A DNA stretch of 64,000 nucleotides, taken from positions 124,001 to 188,000 of IMG/VR virus record IMGVR_UViG_3300027782_000025. One strand, written 5' to 3'. The translations under genes were made by a program, and so were the position numbers. This document shows, in pieces, positions 29,319-39,057 of the stretch. Positions within the stretch are counted from its first letter, which is position 1. Each line of letters opens with the position of its first letter. Below the pieces are notes generated by a model that ran no database searches, was not told the origin of the DNA, and saw nothing but the letters and a program-made list of their open reading frames with translations.

Positions 29319-30335
29319 TTATTTTCTGTCTGCTCCAATAGATGTAATGTGGTTGATATACCAATCAATAGTTATCTTGAGACCTGAGTCAAAGTCAGTG
29401 GTCGCTTCGAAATTAAATTTTAGCGCCGCTTGGGTACTATCTAAGCTTCTTCGGGGCTGTCCGTTTGGCCTAGAAGTATCATATTTTATTAGACCTTCGT
29501 ACTCCATTAATTGTGCTATCTTGATCGTTAAATCTTTTATACTTATTTCTTTTCCTGACCCAAGATTTATCGGCTCTGGATCATCGTAAACCGCTGTGGC
29601 TTGGACTATGCCTTTTGCAGCATCATCCACATATAAAAATTCTCTGGTCGGTGAGCCATCGCCCCATACTACGACATGGTCTGCTTTGTTTATTTTAGCC
29701 TCATAAACCTTTTTGATAATTGCTGGAATAACATGCGACGTGCTATCATCGAAATTATCAAGTGGACCATATAGATTAGCTGGTAACAAATGTATTCCAT
29801 TAAAACCATACTCTTGGCGATAGGCTTGGCTTTGTACAAGCAAAGCCTTTTTTGCAATACCGTAAGCCGCATTTGTCTCTTCTGGATAGCCATTCCAAAT
29901 ATCTGATTCTTTAAATGGAGATGCTGTAAATTTAGGATAGGAGCAGACAGTGCCGACAGTAACGAATTTTCTAACATTATGTCTTCTAGCATACTCCTGC
30001 ATCAGTATGCCCATCATAGCATTTTTATAAAAAAAAGACCCAGGCGTTTTTTGATTTGCACCAATCCCGCCGACAGCTGCGGCAAGATGAATAACGACAG
30101 TCGGAGACAATCTGCTAAATAATTCAGAAACATGAGATTCAATCGTAAGATCAAATAATACTGAGCGATTAATGTAGACATTATTAGGTTTAGCTTTTTG
30201 TCCTCTAACGAACTCAGAGCCAAAGCCATTTTCCATGAAGCATTGGGCAACTTTATTGCCCAAAAAGCCGGCGCCACCGGTGATTAGAATCGATTCTCGC
30301 TTTAAATTATTCGCCAAGCTTTCTTTTATATTCAT
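29319..30335 (-). CDS. fcl: GDP-L-fucose synthase (extended SDR)
   Basis: TGGAGFLG, HLAAAVGGIGAN, YPEETNAAYGIAKK, PANLYGP.DNFD, SHVIPA, WGDGSPTREFLYVDD. Start refined to 30335 behind AGGAG. Confidence 0.93.
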   Translation of the reverse strand: MNIKESLANNLKRESILITGGAGFLGNKVAQCFMENGFGSEFVRGQKAKPNNVYINRSVLFDLTIESHVSELFSRLSPTVVIHLAAAVGGIGANQKTPGSFFYKNAMMGILMQEYARRHNVRKFVTVGTVCSYPKFTASPFKESDIWNGYPEETNAAYGIAKKALLVQSQAYRQEYGFNGIHLLPANLYGPLDNFDDSTSHVIPAIIKKVYEAKINKADHVVVWGDGSPTREFLYVDDAAKGIVQATAVYDDPEPINLGSGKEISIKDLTIKIAQLMEYEGLIKYDTSRPNGQPRRSLDSTQAALKFNFEATTDFDSGLKITIDWYINHITSIGADRK

Positions 30336-30591
30336 CACGCTCTCTCCTTGTGGCTTCAAGATCAAACGACATATAATTCAAATCAGATACTAATGAATCC
30401 ACTTTTTCTTTAGCAAGTATCGCTAAACCTTTATGGCAAACGGCAATATCGCGCATAATTTTGCTAAAAACACTTCTAAGTTCGAGTGCTGTCTTAGAAG
30501 GCAATAAAGCAATCATTTCCTCTAACATCTTTATGTCTTCAAGGATAGCAGTGTACTTCTTATTGATTTCTGATAATTCATCTTCAGAAAT
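30307..30591 (-). CDS. Hypothetical coiled-coil protein, possible ATT start
   Basis: The frame is open from the AGGAG-N6-ATT at 30591; the first ATG (30528) lacks a Shine-Dalgarno. Confidence 0.6.
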   Translation of the reverse strand: MSEDELSEINKKYTAILEDIKMLEEMIALLPSKTALELRSVFSKIMRDIAVCHKGLAILAKEKVDSLVSDLNYMSFDLEATRRERDEYKRKLGE

Positions 30592-30600
30592 TGCGATCTC

Positions 30601-31257
30601 CTAGATAGAGCGCTCATAACCTGACTCTTTTAATCGATTTTCTTCAGCTTCGACACTGGCGATAATCGACCAAGGGCATTTTCCCTGAGGAGCGTCATTT
30701 TTATCAAAAGCTTCTAAAGGCAATGGTGGTGATTTTTTACCTAGAGAGCCATTATAGGTATTAAATTGTAATTTTCTTGGCTTATCCGAAAAATGCAGGA
30801 TTATAATAGATCTAGAATCGATGTTTGGATGATTAAATTTGTTCAATTTGCTCCAAACACGAAAATCAGGATACTTTTTAACATCTTCTATGTTGAAAAC
30901 ATTTTTATTCTTCAATTCCATTATCTTTCTACTCCTTAAAGCTAGACCATTGGAACCTAGGTTATGATAAGGATAATTACCACACCCACGTTCACATGAA
31001 AAATTGTCGCGGCCAAGAGCCTTCTTGCTAATCGTTAGACATTTGGGGCAAATTGCTAACTCAACACCGCCTGACACGATACACACCGCACTATCGACTT
31101 TATCTACTGGAATCATTCTATTTTTATGGACTAAGATCTCTTTGCTTTCACCAACCGACCGCAAAGTCGCCCTTTGGGTCGAAGTTTCCTCGATTAGATC
31201 ATATAGCTTTGAACTTATCGAACCATCAATGTTTAATATTCTGTATCTACCTTCCAT
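30601..31257 (-). CDS. Hypothetical protein with a zinc ribbon
   Basis: GGAGG-N4-ATG at 31257 (MEGRYRIL); CPKC...CERGC. Confidence 0.7.
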   Translation of the reverse strand: MEGRYRILNIDGSISSKLYDLIEETSTQRATLRSVGESKEILVHKNRMIPVDKVDSAVCIVSGGVELAICPKCLTISKKALGRDNFSCERGCGNYPYHNLGSNGLALRSRKIMELKNKNVFNIEDVKKYPDFRVWSKLNKFNHPNIDSRSIIILHFSDKPRKLQFNTYNGSLGKKSPPLPLEAFDKNDAPQGKCPWSIIASVEAEENRLKESGYERSI

Positions 31258-31315
31258 ATATCCTCCAGTAATTTTAATGCGTCTGATACTCCTGTAACAA
31301 ACTCTAATGGCTCTG

Positions 31316-31585
31316 TCAATACCCTTCTGAAACCATACGCAATCCATCTTGCAACAATACATCAAAACGATCATCAGAAACCACATCATAATCGACTAGG
31401 CCATTCCGGCCCATCAGCTGTTCTAGCTTGGCTTCAACCTGCTCACCGATCAATGCCTTAATGGTCTGTGTTAATTGCTTCTTGCTTAGCACTTCCAGCA
31501 CGAGCACAGTCCTAAAATTCCCATTTCTCTTCTTAACATTTTTAAAACTGGGGTTAAAACCGGGATATGGTGTTTTCTTATCCAT
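31316..31585 (-). CDS. Hypothetical protein
   Basis: 89 aa; AGGAG Shine-Dalgarno. Confidence 0.65.
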   Translation of the reverse strand: MDKKTPYPGFNPSFKNVKKRNGNFRTVLVLEVLSKKQLTQTIKALIGEQVEAKLEQLMGRNGLVDYDVVSDDRFDVLLQDGLRMVSEGY

Positions 31586-31633
31586 TTTGCACTCCTTTTA
31601 AGCGTAAAGTATATACCTAGAGGAGATAGACCA

Positions 31634-32014
31634 ATGAAAGAATATTACATAATATTCAGCTGTGGATTATTTGAAAAGTATCATAAAATTTTTTCATATG
31701 AGAAAGATTCGAAATATTATCTTCCGATTTATACAGACAGCGAAATGGCAAATGCTTTTCAGTCAGCGATTGAAGCTACTTACAAGGATGATTTAAGCAT
31801 CCATGCAAATCTCTGCACAAATAAAAAACACCTTATAGAAATGCTTCAAACAATAGCTAGTCTGCACCAAGAACTAATTTACGTAACAATAAATCCAAAC
31901 ATCGTTTCAGGCGACACAAAAGGTAATATTAATCTGATAGACGATGAACACGTAATAACGGATTATATAGAAAAATTAGAAAATGAGGTTACTTGTAATC
32001 AAGATCCTGTATAA
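31634..32014 (+). CDS. Hypothetical protein, weak SseB-like motif
   Basis: GAGGAG Shine-Dalgarno; YLPIYTDSEMA resembles the SseB motif LPVFTS.E. Confidence 0.6.
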   Translation: MKEYYIIFSCGLFEKYHKIFSYEKDSKYYLPIYTDSEMANAFQSAIEATYKDDLSIHANLCTNKKHLIEMLQTIASLHQELIYVTINPNIVSGDTKGNINLIDDEHVITDYIEKLENEVTCNQDPV

Positions 32015-32126
32015 ACCCGCCAGCATCTTCGTCAGCATCCTCATAATAAAGCGGTACCTCTTTGACCTTTTTGGCCTGCTTGGCCGGTTCGCTATCAGTA
32101 ATAGTTAGATCTATCTCTTCTTCCAT
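31989..32126 (-). CDS. Possible small acidic protein (45 aa)
   Basis: MEEEIDLTITDSEPAKQAKKVKE...; fills the gap between two + genes; no Shine-Dalgarno. Confidence 0.3.
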   Translation of the reverse strand: MEEEIDLTITDSEPAKQAKKVKEVPLYYEDADEDAGGFIQDLDYK

Positions 32127-32153
32127 ACAATATATACATAGAGCATCAAAATA

Positions 32154-32870
32154 ATGAAAGAAATATTCGAAACCACTAAATTCGACGAAATAACATATAT
32201 CGATGAGAATCATTCTTATTGGTTCGGCGACGAAAGACTTGTGTCAGTAACTCAATATCTATCTAAATACAAGCAACCTTTCGATACAGACAGATGGAGC
32301 AAGCATAGTGCAAAGAAAGAAGGCGTAAGCCAACAAACGATCATAGAGCGTTGGGATGCTAAAGGAAAAGTAAGCTTAGAAAAAGGAACTATAGTCCACA
32401 ATGCCGCCGAAATGATAATAAAAGGCGAAGATATAGACATCGCAGGTTTACCACATGAAGTTAAAGTAGCCAAAAAACTCTGGGACGATTTAAAACAGAA
32501 GTACAATGCTACTACTCTAAAAACCGAATGGGTTATCGGAGACACTACCGCAAAAGTTGCTGGCAGAATAGACGCTCTTATACAATTAGAATATAATGGC
32601 AAATTAGTAACTTCTTTATTAGACTGGAAGACCGGCACCGTAAAATTAGATAATAAATATGAAAAGATGAAGAGCCCATTCAACGGACTTGAAGACTGTT
32701 CATTAAACCATTATAGTATACAGTTAAGTTTATATAGACTAATATTGGAGCGCAATTTAAACATCAAATTGAGCCATGGTATATTGATAAATCTGCCTGG
32801 TTCAGGGTCTGCTAAAATAATTAAATCGAGGGATTATAGACCGATATTAGAAAAATTATTATTTCCCTAA
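32154..32870 (+). CDS. PD-(D/E)XK exonuclease (RecB / Cas4-like fold, no Fe-S cysteines)
   Basis: SVTQYL, GTIVH, AGRIDAL, LLDWKTG, YSIQLSLY. Confidence 0.88.
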   Translation: MKEIFETTKFDEITYIDENHSYWFGDERLVSVTQYLSKYKQPFDTDRWSKHSAKKEGVSQQTIIERWDAKGKVSLEKGTIVHNAAEMIIKGEDIDIAGLPHEVKVAKKLWDDLKQKYNATTLKTEWVIGDTTAKVAGRIDALIQLEYNGKLVTSLLDWKTGTVKLDNKYEKMKSPFNGLEDCSLNHYSIQLSLYRLILERNLNIKLSHGILINLPGSGSAKIIKSRDYRPILEKLLFP

Positions 32871-33106
32871 AAGGTTACTTCGAATCTAATAGTACTTGGG
32901 CGGCCAAAGCCAGAGCCGGTTGTGGCGCCAGAACCGACCGAATTTAATTCATATATTTCAGATCCTGAAATATCAGATAACACCTGGCTGGTGGTAAAAG
33001 TGGTACGATCTTTTTCAAGGTTAGGTGGTACTTGGACAAAACCATTTACGATCTGATAATCGCGGTAAATCTTAATGCTTTCAAAAGACATATCACTGTC
33101 CTCCAT
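32867..33106 (-). CDS. Hypothetical protein (79 aa)
   Basis: The ATG at 33106 lies 1 nt after the stop of the giant ORF. Confidence 0.6.
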   Translation of the reverse strand: MEDSDMSFESIKIYRDYQIVNGFVQVPPNLEKDRTTFTTSQVLSDISGSEIYELNSVGSGATTGSGFGRPSTIRFEVTF

Positions 33107-33107
33107 T

Positions 33108-36100
33108 TTATATATTGTAGTTTTTATCTGGCAATATATCTGGAAAATCCTGTCCGCCTTTATTCTTTTCAAAGGACAAAGCTCTACAATAATCAAGTTT
33201 AGGATAATTACTCTTGATGCGGTTTATTATCCTTATTTTAGGAACTTCGAGATCTACCTTTTTATTAATAATTACTATAATAGTGCGACTCTTGATTTCA
33301 TCGGTATAATTAGCCTCAACGAGATCTACGCAGGTGTTTGAAACCAAATAATATGGTTTATAAATGCTTTTCTTGAAATTTCTGGCGGCCATCAAAGATC
33401 CGACGGTAGCCAACTTGCCGTTAATCTGAAAACTTGGACTAAATAAATCGCGTTCGATCTTAAAAAATGTCGATTTATTCGCAGCAATAGAGATAGTCTC
33501 TGGGGTGCAACATAACTCACCAGCAAACGGGTCGCCTTCCTCTGGAGGAAATGGTACACAGACTAATCCATCTACACCATGTATTTTGGGTGTCAGAGTC
33601 GGACAATATGGTAATGGATATGGATAAGGCCCGTCTGGTACGATATAATATGAAATTGGACTACCAAATAATGTTGTCTCAAAAATAGCTGTTACTAAAA
33701 GAGCACTAATCCTCTTTTTAATAGTAAGCACGTATTCATACGACCCCACAACACCCATATCATTCTGAACAACTACAACATCATTGGGCGCAAATAAAGT
33801 CATGCTTTCGAGGACGCTCTGTATATCTGCGGCTGAAGCGTTATAATATATCCTATCTGAAAAGTAAATGGTTTTATCGACAGATTCGAATTTTAATATA
33901 TAAAACCCTGCAGTAGCATTACTATACGACCATCTAATCTTTTGCGGCTTACCTCCACCTATTTGAATTCTAACTACCGTGACTTCATCGCCAACTAGAT
34001 CGACCGACTGTATGCCCAACTGCTTTATAGGCTGAGCTGTCATTTTACCCTTATATTCCAAAGTCCAATCATAAACATTGCCGTTTTGGACTAATGTTAA
34101 TCCTATATCTTCAGCAGCATAAAAATCACAATTATCAATAATACTTTTCACTATGTCACTATTCGTAGCTGCTGCTTCGATAGGTGCTGTAGTACAAAAA
34201 GCACCGGCTGGGCTGTATAATGAAAGAGTATACCTGCCTGAGTTCGCTTTATAACTAAATTTTTGTACTTCGTTAACGCCGATTCCGCCGATCCAATCGA
34301 CATAAACCACATAATCCTTATTGGAAGTCGATAGCCTTGATACATTTTTTCCAGCCATAGAACCAACGAAATCTATGTGCCAAGGTCCAGTATATGGTCC
34401 ATCATAATTCGTAGTCTGGCCCGAAACAGTTACATTTCCAATACCTATGGACGGTAAGGCAAATAAGGCAGCTCTAACAGTATTAAGACTAGCATCATAA
34501 GGAATAGTAACTGTTTGCTCGCCATCAAAAAAAATCGTAAAAGCTCTATTAGAAGCAGAAACATTGCTTATAGTTTGTCTTTCATTCTTTGTACCGACCA
34601 CAGAACGATTTGTAAAAGCAAAGTAAGTTCCAATAAGCCCTTTGCTAACCGATTTCATGATAGGAATAGCCATACCCTTCAATGACCCGACGAACTCGAT
34701 TCTAAAACTTCTAGTTTCGACTGCTGTTACCAGAACATTGTTTGGTCCGATAAGCGTATTAGATTCTAATATAGTTTTTAAGGCTGCAGCAGTTGCATTA
34801 TAAGGAACAGTCACAGTCTGCGTCACGCCGCTTTTCGCAAACGTAAGTTTATAAGTACCACCATCCGCCAGCGGGACAGTTATATACTGCACTTCATTAG
34901 TAATTGAAGTCTCTGATATGTCAGCTATAACAAAATTTGGTTTTACCTTCTTAGCAAAAAGACTAATAGCTCCTATTTTTGGGTTAGGGATATCGCAGCC
35001 AGAAGGACGATCAGAAGTTAACGATGTACCATTATATATTAATTGGCTAGAAATCGGCGCGGAGCATTGATCAGCACCTGTTCCCGACGTATTATCTAAT
35101 ATTTCCTTGAAGGATAGCCATACGCCTACTTGCCCGTTTATCGCATTACCGATTGGCGGCCCCAAAGCAGTGCCGTTTGCGCTTGGTGGCCTAATATAGT
35201 CCCATCTACTGCTAGGAAATATTCTACTAAGATCTTGCGGTACTTCTAATATAGAACCTATATTAATGGTTCGAGTTAATCTCTTTGTATCTTTATTACA
35301 ATTGGTATAGTCAAGATGAACAACGATATCAGTAGCAGGATCTGGTTTGCAATTTGATTTATTATCAACACAACTTGGTGGTGTGTTGTTACGATCAATT
35401 ATCTTGTTCATTAAAAAGAAATATTCTATCGATTCTACAATCATGTCTGTTTTAAAATCACCAAAGAAAATCGAATAGGTATCTGCGATGTCCGTTGGAA
35501 CGTATTTCCCTGTAGCTTGGTCATATCTGCTAGAACCTGCAGGTATACACCAAATACAATTGTTATATAATGTAACGTCGGTTACTTTGAAATTGGTGAT
35601 AGCTTCCATCTGCGAATCACTTTGCCTTATTTGGTTTAGCACATATTGAGAAGGAGTGCCGCCATTACCGTTCTGCTTCCAATAATTGCATGTATCACTA
35701 TAATCGCAGTCAATTGGAACATTACTTCCAGCATAGGGCGATGACCTCCCATCAGTAATAACTTGACGATAAGCCATCTTCTTAACATTAGGCCTGCCGT
35801 AATCTCTATAAGTTACTTTAACAAAAGCTGAAAAAATATTCACTTCTTGGCGCGGGATACCGGTGACAGAAATGTTTAATTTTACATCTTTAATACCGTC
35901 TAGAATCACGGTCTGATCCAACAGCTTACATAACTTAATGCCATAAACGCCAACACCCTTAGGTATAAATTTAGAGCCATCAAATTCAGAAGTAATCGCC
36001 CCAGGTTTTAAATTATTCTTAAGCGTAATATTAAATGCTGCTGGCATGTCAAACAAGTAGGTCAATGACCCTGCAGTGGTAATTGCTGTCGGATTAACGC

Positions 36101-39056
36101 CTTGGAATGGGACCGATTGCACTTTTAGTTTTTCTAATGGTGTCGAGTCGAGTCGCGCCGGCAAATAATGAAACCTACTACCACCAGAAGTAATAATGTC
36201 GACCAAACCAGTAAGATTTTGCCCAGCATCGTCAGCACCTGTGCGATAATCAGATGTGGTTATGGTTAAAAAATATTTTCCTGCTTCAAGATTATAGTTC
36301 TTGCTGACAGATTCGCCATATCTAAGAACCAATTCATTACCAACAAAAGAATCAGAAACAGTAGCAACAGAACTGTTATTAAGATCCCAACAATTCATAT
36401 TTTTTGGCCCAAAATCATGCCTCTCAACACCCTTGACACCGACTGAACATTCTAAAGAGTCCCTAAAGAAAATACTGCTCACATTACCGCTTACCTCATA
36501 ACTATTTAATAAAACAGCTATAGAAGGAAAAAACTCGATACCTTTATTATCGACACCAGCGGATGGTACGGGCACATAATAATAATCAAGCATTATTTTG
36601 GTTGGCGAAGTGTCAAGCGATGCCCAAATAACAGAACCGCCAAAATCATCTATCGCTACCCAGTCTGCACGATTGGTGACAGGATAATATGCTGGTATAA
36701 TAAAAGTATCTAGCATATTATATTGTATCCCTGCCTGACTCGCAAACACTTTATTTAGAATCAAAGGGTTTATAGAGATACATCGGCCTGACTCTGGCGT
36801 AATTAAATTCTGATTAGTGTCTAAAATATCGTAGCACAACAAAAGCCCTGGCAATTTTTGGTTAGCGACAAATTCTGAAATTGGGGTAGCAGGCAAGTTC
36901 TTTATAAGATAGTTAAATATCGGCGCACACATAAAGCTAAAGCTACGCAGATTTGCCATCCCAGCCATAGGTAAATCAAGACTGACTATAGGAGTAATTT
37001 TAGTCACAATGCCTGTTTTATTGAAGATCGACACATCATAAACATAAGATCTTAGGATACTATAGCGTTTAATGTCTTGGGAGCCTGACGCATTAAACCC
37101 TACGAATAGAGCGCGATGGCCGGCAAATTCCGTAACGCCATTATAATCATAAGACGGCACATATCCTATACCAATACCAGTAATAGAAGGATATCTCCGT
37201 TCTGTCCTAGGTACTATATCTATACTATTAACTTCTATTTCTGATGATTTTCCTGTAATCACATCCACAGAATAAAGATGTCCAGAACCCGTGCCTATAA
37301 ACAATAACCTCATCCCAGGATCATACGCCTGAGCAGAAGGAGCATTATTGTCGAATCCTATGACATTATCAAATAAAAAAGGTAAAAAAGCAATTGCAGA
37401 ACGCTCTCGCGTTTTCATATTCATAGCAAAAAGCCTATAAGAAGCGTCATCAGACCGCTCTATATAAAAAACTCTATCAAACACTGAATCATAACTTATC
37501 AGAGATTCATTGTTTGCTAAAATCTCTGGTGCACGTGAGGATGTGTCTGGTAATGTGTAACTGCTGTTTATCTTAAAATGGGTCAGCGATTTTAAATTCG
37601 AACCTTTAAACAGAGACCCACCTTGCCATAATTCTTTAACTGAACCAAAGGCAGATACGCCTGGTGTCGTATTAGCGCCCACATAACCACATAAAGTATT
37701 AATAGAACTAGATATTTGGTCAAAATATTCACCGCCGGTTGCGGTTTGGCTATCTATAAGCACAACCGCTGCACTAGCGATACCAACCGATGCCACGAAA
37801 TTATAATAGTCTTGAGACGCGCTAATTGTCTCATCATTTAATATAAACAAAAATTTATGCCCACATTGTATGGCTTGCCGAAATGCTTCGAATTGATCAG
37901 AGCCACCCACAGCAGAGTCGACATAATTAAAATCATCGTCTAACGACAATCCGGTAGAACGATGGTCGACATAAATGCAAAAAATCTTCGTCGCTAAAGA
38001 TCTAAATCTAAGATAATCAGCTGGTTCTACTTTCTTGAGGTCAGCGCCGTTTAAAGAAAAATCATTATCAGCCATACCTGATAAATTCTTGGTCGAATCG
38101 ATTAATATCTGATAATTTAAAGGACCAGTATGACCACTAGTTCGAAACATCTGGTTAAGCATTAGACCACTAGCTGGTACTAAATCAAACCGCCAACTTC
38201 CATCTAAAGCCTTGCCGGAGCTTGTTAGAGCTAATTCCATCCTAAACCCGACAGATCTAACTATAGATGAAACTGCTATATTGCTAAGACTGCCATATGA
38301 TTGATTATTAAACCCATAAGTAAACGCATTCGCAGTCGAAACACCGATAATGTTAACAGTCGAAGAATTGACAGGCTCTGAAATCATGGCCGCATATTTA
38401 TCAACCATTATCCTATCGTTTTCGCAAGAATTATCCCAAAATCCCTTTAAAGTATTCAGTGAAAGCTTATAATATTGTTTACCAGCAAAGAACCCAATAT
38501 ATTCGGGCGTACCCCTGACTTTCGATATTGCTAACCTATAATCGTACCCACCACTAAGTAAAGCTTTGTTGGTTTGTAGCAAAGCCCTTCCTGGAGCGAC
38601 TCCTGTGTTTAAACTAGATGCATCTATGAAATGTAAGTCGATAGAACACTTATCACTATTCTTTCTACAAGAAACCGACGTACCGAATTTTTGAAAATTT
38701 ATTGTAGGTAGGTTCGGGATAGTCGATGTGTTAGTTGGTATACTTGCTGTTGTGTCTAAATTAATATCCTGCCCTAAGAAACTCACTGCATTAAACGATG
38801 CCAAAATCACATTCGGTCGTCTTATTAATTCCCTTAAAGAACCTGGGATTTTCTCTACATTAGTTATAAACTTGTTGGTGGGCGGTGCTGTAGCAGCGGG
38901 CGTGTCGCAGGCTTGATAATCGATACCATTTAGAATCCTAGGTAAACTGCTTTCAACAGTTTTATACTTATCATTACAAACCATTAGTAATGAATCGACA
39001 TCTACAGAGATTAATTCGACATAATTGGATCTCGATATATCTGATTGATCTGCCAT
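33108..39056 (-). CDS. Very large virion / receptor-binding-like protein (beta-propeller-like middle, four repeated C-terminal modules)
   Basis: 1982 aa; propeller-like blades (AYDPGMRLLFIGTGSGHLYSVDVITG); four NEVQ-type repeats. Confidence 0.7.
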   Translation of the reverse strand: MADQSDISRSNYVELISVDVDSLLMVCNDKYKTVESSLPRILNGIDYQACDTPAATAPPTNKFITNVEKIPGSLRELIRRPNVILASFNAVSFLGQDINLDTTASIPTNTSTIPNLPTINFQKFGTSVSCRKNSDKCSIDLHFIDASSLNTGVAPGRALLQTNKALLSGGYDYRLAISKVRGTPEYIGFFAGKQYYKLSLNTLKGFWDNSCENDRIMVDKYAAMISEPVNSSTVNIIGVSTANAFTYGFNNQSYGSLSNIAVSSIVRSVGFRMELALTSSGKALDGSWRFDLVPASGLMLNQMFRTSGHTGPLNYQILIDSTKNLSGMADNDFSLNGADLKKVEPADYLRFRSLATKIFCIYVDHRSTGLSLDDDFNYVDSAVGGSDQFEAFRQAIQCGHKFLFILNDETISASQDYYNFVASVGIASAAVVLIDSQTATGGEYFDQISSSINTLCGYVGANTTPGVSAFGSVKELWQGGSLFKGSNLKSLTHFKINSSYTLPDTSSRAPEILANNESLISYDSVFDRVFYIERSDDASYRLFAMNMKTRERSAIAFLPFLFDNVIGFDNNAPSAQAYDPGMRLLFIGTGSGHLYSVDVITGKSSEIEVNSIDIVPRTERRYPSITGIGIGYVPSYDYNGVTEFAGHRALFVGFNASGSQDIKRYSILRSYVYDVSIFNKTGIVTKITPIVSLDLPMAGMANLRSFSFMCAPIFNYLIKNLPATPISEFVANQKLPGLLLCYDILDTNQNLITPESGRCISINPLILNKVFASQAGIQYNMLDTFIIPAYYPVTNRADWVAIDDFGGSVIWASLDTSPTKIMLDYYYVPVPSAGVDNKGIEFFPSIAVLLNSYEVSGNVSSIFFRDSLECSVGVKGVERHDFGPKNMNCWDLNNSSVATVSDSFVGNELVLRYGESVSKNYNLEAGKYFLTITTSDYRTGADDAGQNLTGLVDIITSGGSRFHYLPARLDSTPLEKLKVQSVPFQGVNPTAITTAGSLTYLFDMPAAFNITLKNNLKPGAITSEFDGSKFIPKGVGVYGIKLCKLLDQTVILDGIKDVKLNISVTGIPRQEVNIFSAFVKVTYRDYGRPNVKKMAYRQVITDGRSSPYAGSNVPIDCDYSDTCNYWKQNGNGGTPSQYVLNQIRQSDSQMEAITNFKVTDVTLYNNCIWCIPAGSSRYDQATGKYVPTDIADTYSIFFGDFKTDMIVESIEYFFLMNKIIDRNNTPPSCVDNKSNCKPDPATDIVVHLDYTNCNKDTKRLTRTINIGSILEVPQDLSRIFPSSRWDYIRPPSANGTALGPPIGNAINGQVGVWLSFKEILDNTSGTGADQCSAPISSQLIYNGTSLTSDRPSGCDIPNPKIGAISLFAKKVKPNFVIADISETSITNEVQYITVPLADGGTYKLTFAKSGVTQTVTVPYNATAAALKTILESNTLIGPNNVLVTAVETRSFRIEFVGSLKGMAIPIMKSVSKGLIGTYFAFTNRSVVGTKNERQTISNVSASNRAFTIFFDGEQTVTIPYDASLNTVRAALFALPSIGIGNVTVSGQTTNYDGPYTGPWHIDFVGSMAGKNVSRLSTSNKDYVVYVDWIGGIGVNEVQKFSYKANSGRYTLSLYSPAGAFCTTAPIEAAATNSDIVKSIIDNCDFYAAEDIGLTLVQNGNVYDWTLEYKGKMTAQPIKQLGIQSVDLVGDEVTVVRIQIGGGKPQKIRWSYSNATAGFYILKFESVDKTIYFSDRIYYNASAADIQSVLESMTLFAPNDVVVVQNDMGVVGSYEYVLTIKKRISALLVTAIFETTLFGSPISYYIVPDGPYPYPLPYCPTLTPKIHGVDGLVCVPFPPEEGDPFAGELCCTPETISIAANKSTFFKIERDLFSPSFQINGKLATVGSLMAARNFKKSIYKPYYLVSNTCVDLVEANYTDEIKSRTIIVIINKKVDLEVPKIRIINRIKSNYPKLDYCRALSFEKNKGGQDFPDILPDKNYNI
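33720..34898 (-). repeat. Four degenerate ~95-aa protein repeats: NE(V/R)Q...G.(Y/F).L.F...T..I.YNA....(V/I)...LE......N(V/I).V......(W/Y).I.F
   Basis: Units begin NEVQYITV, NERQTISN, NEVQKFSY and KPQKIRWS. Conservation is at protein level only; the DNA has diverged. Confidence 0.8.
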
Positions 39057-39057
39057 A

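Noticed and set aside
32154-32870. Cas4 as part of a CRISPR-Cas locus
   Set aside because: No four-Cys cluster, and no cas1, cas2 or array nearby.
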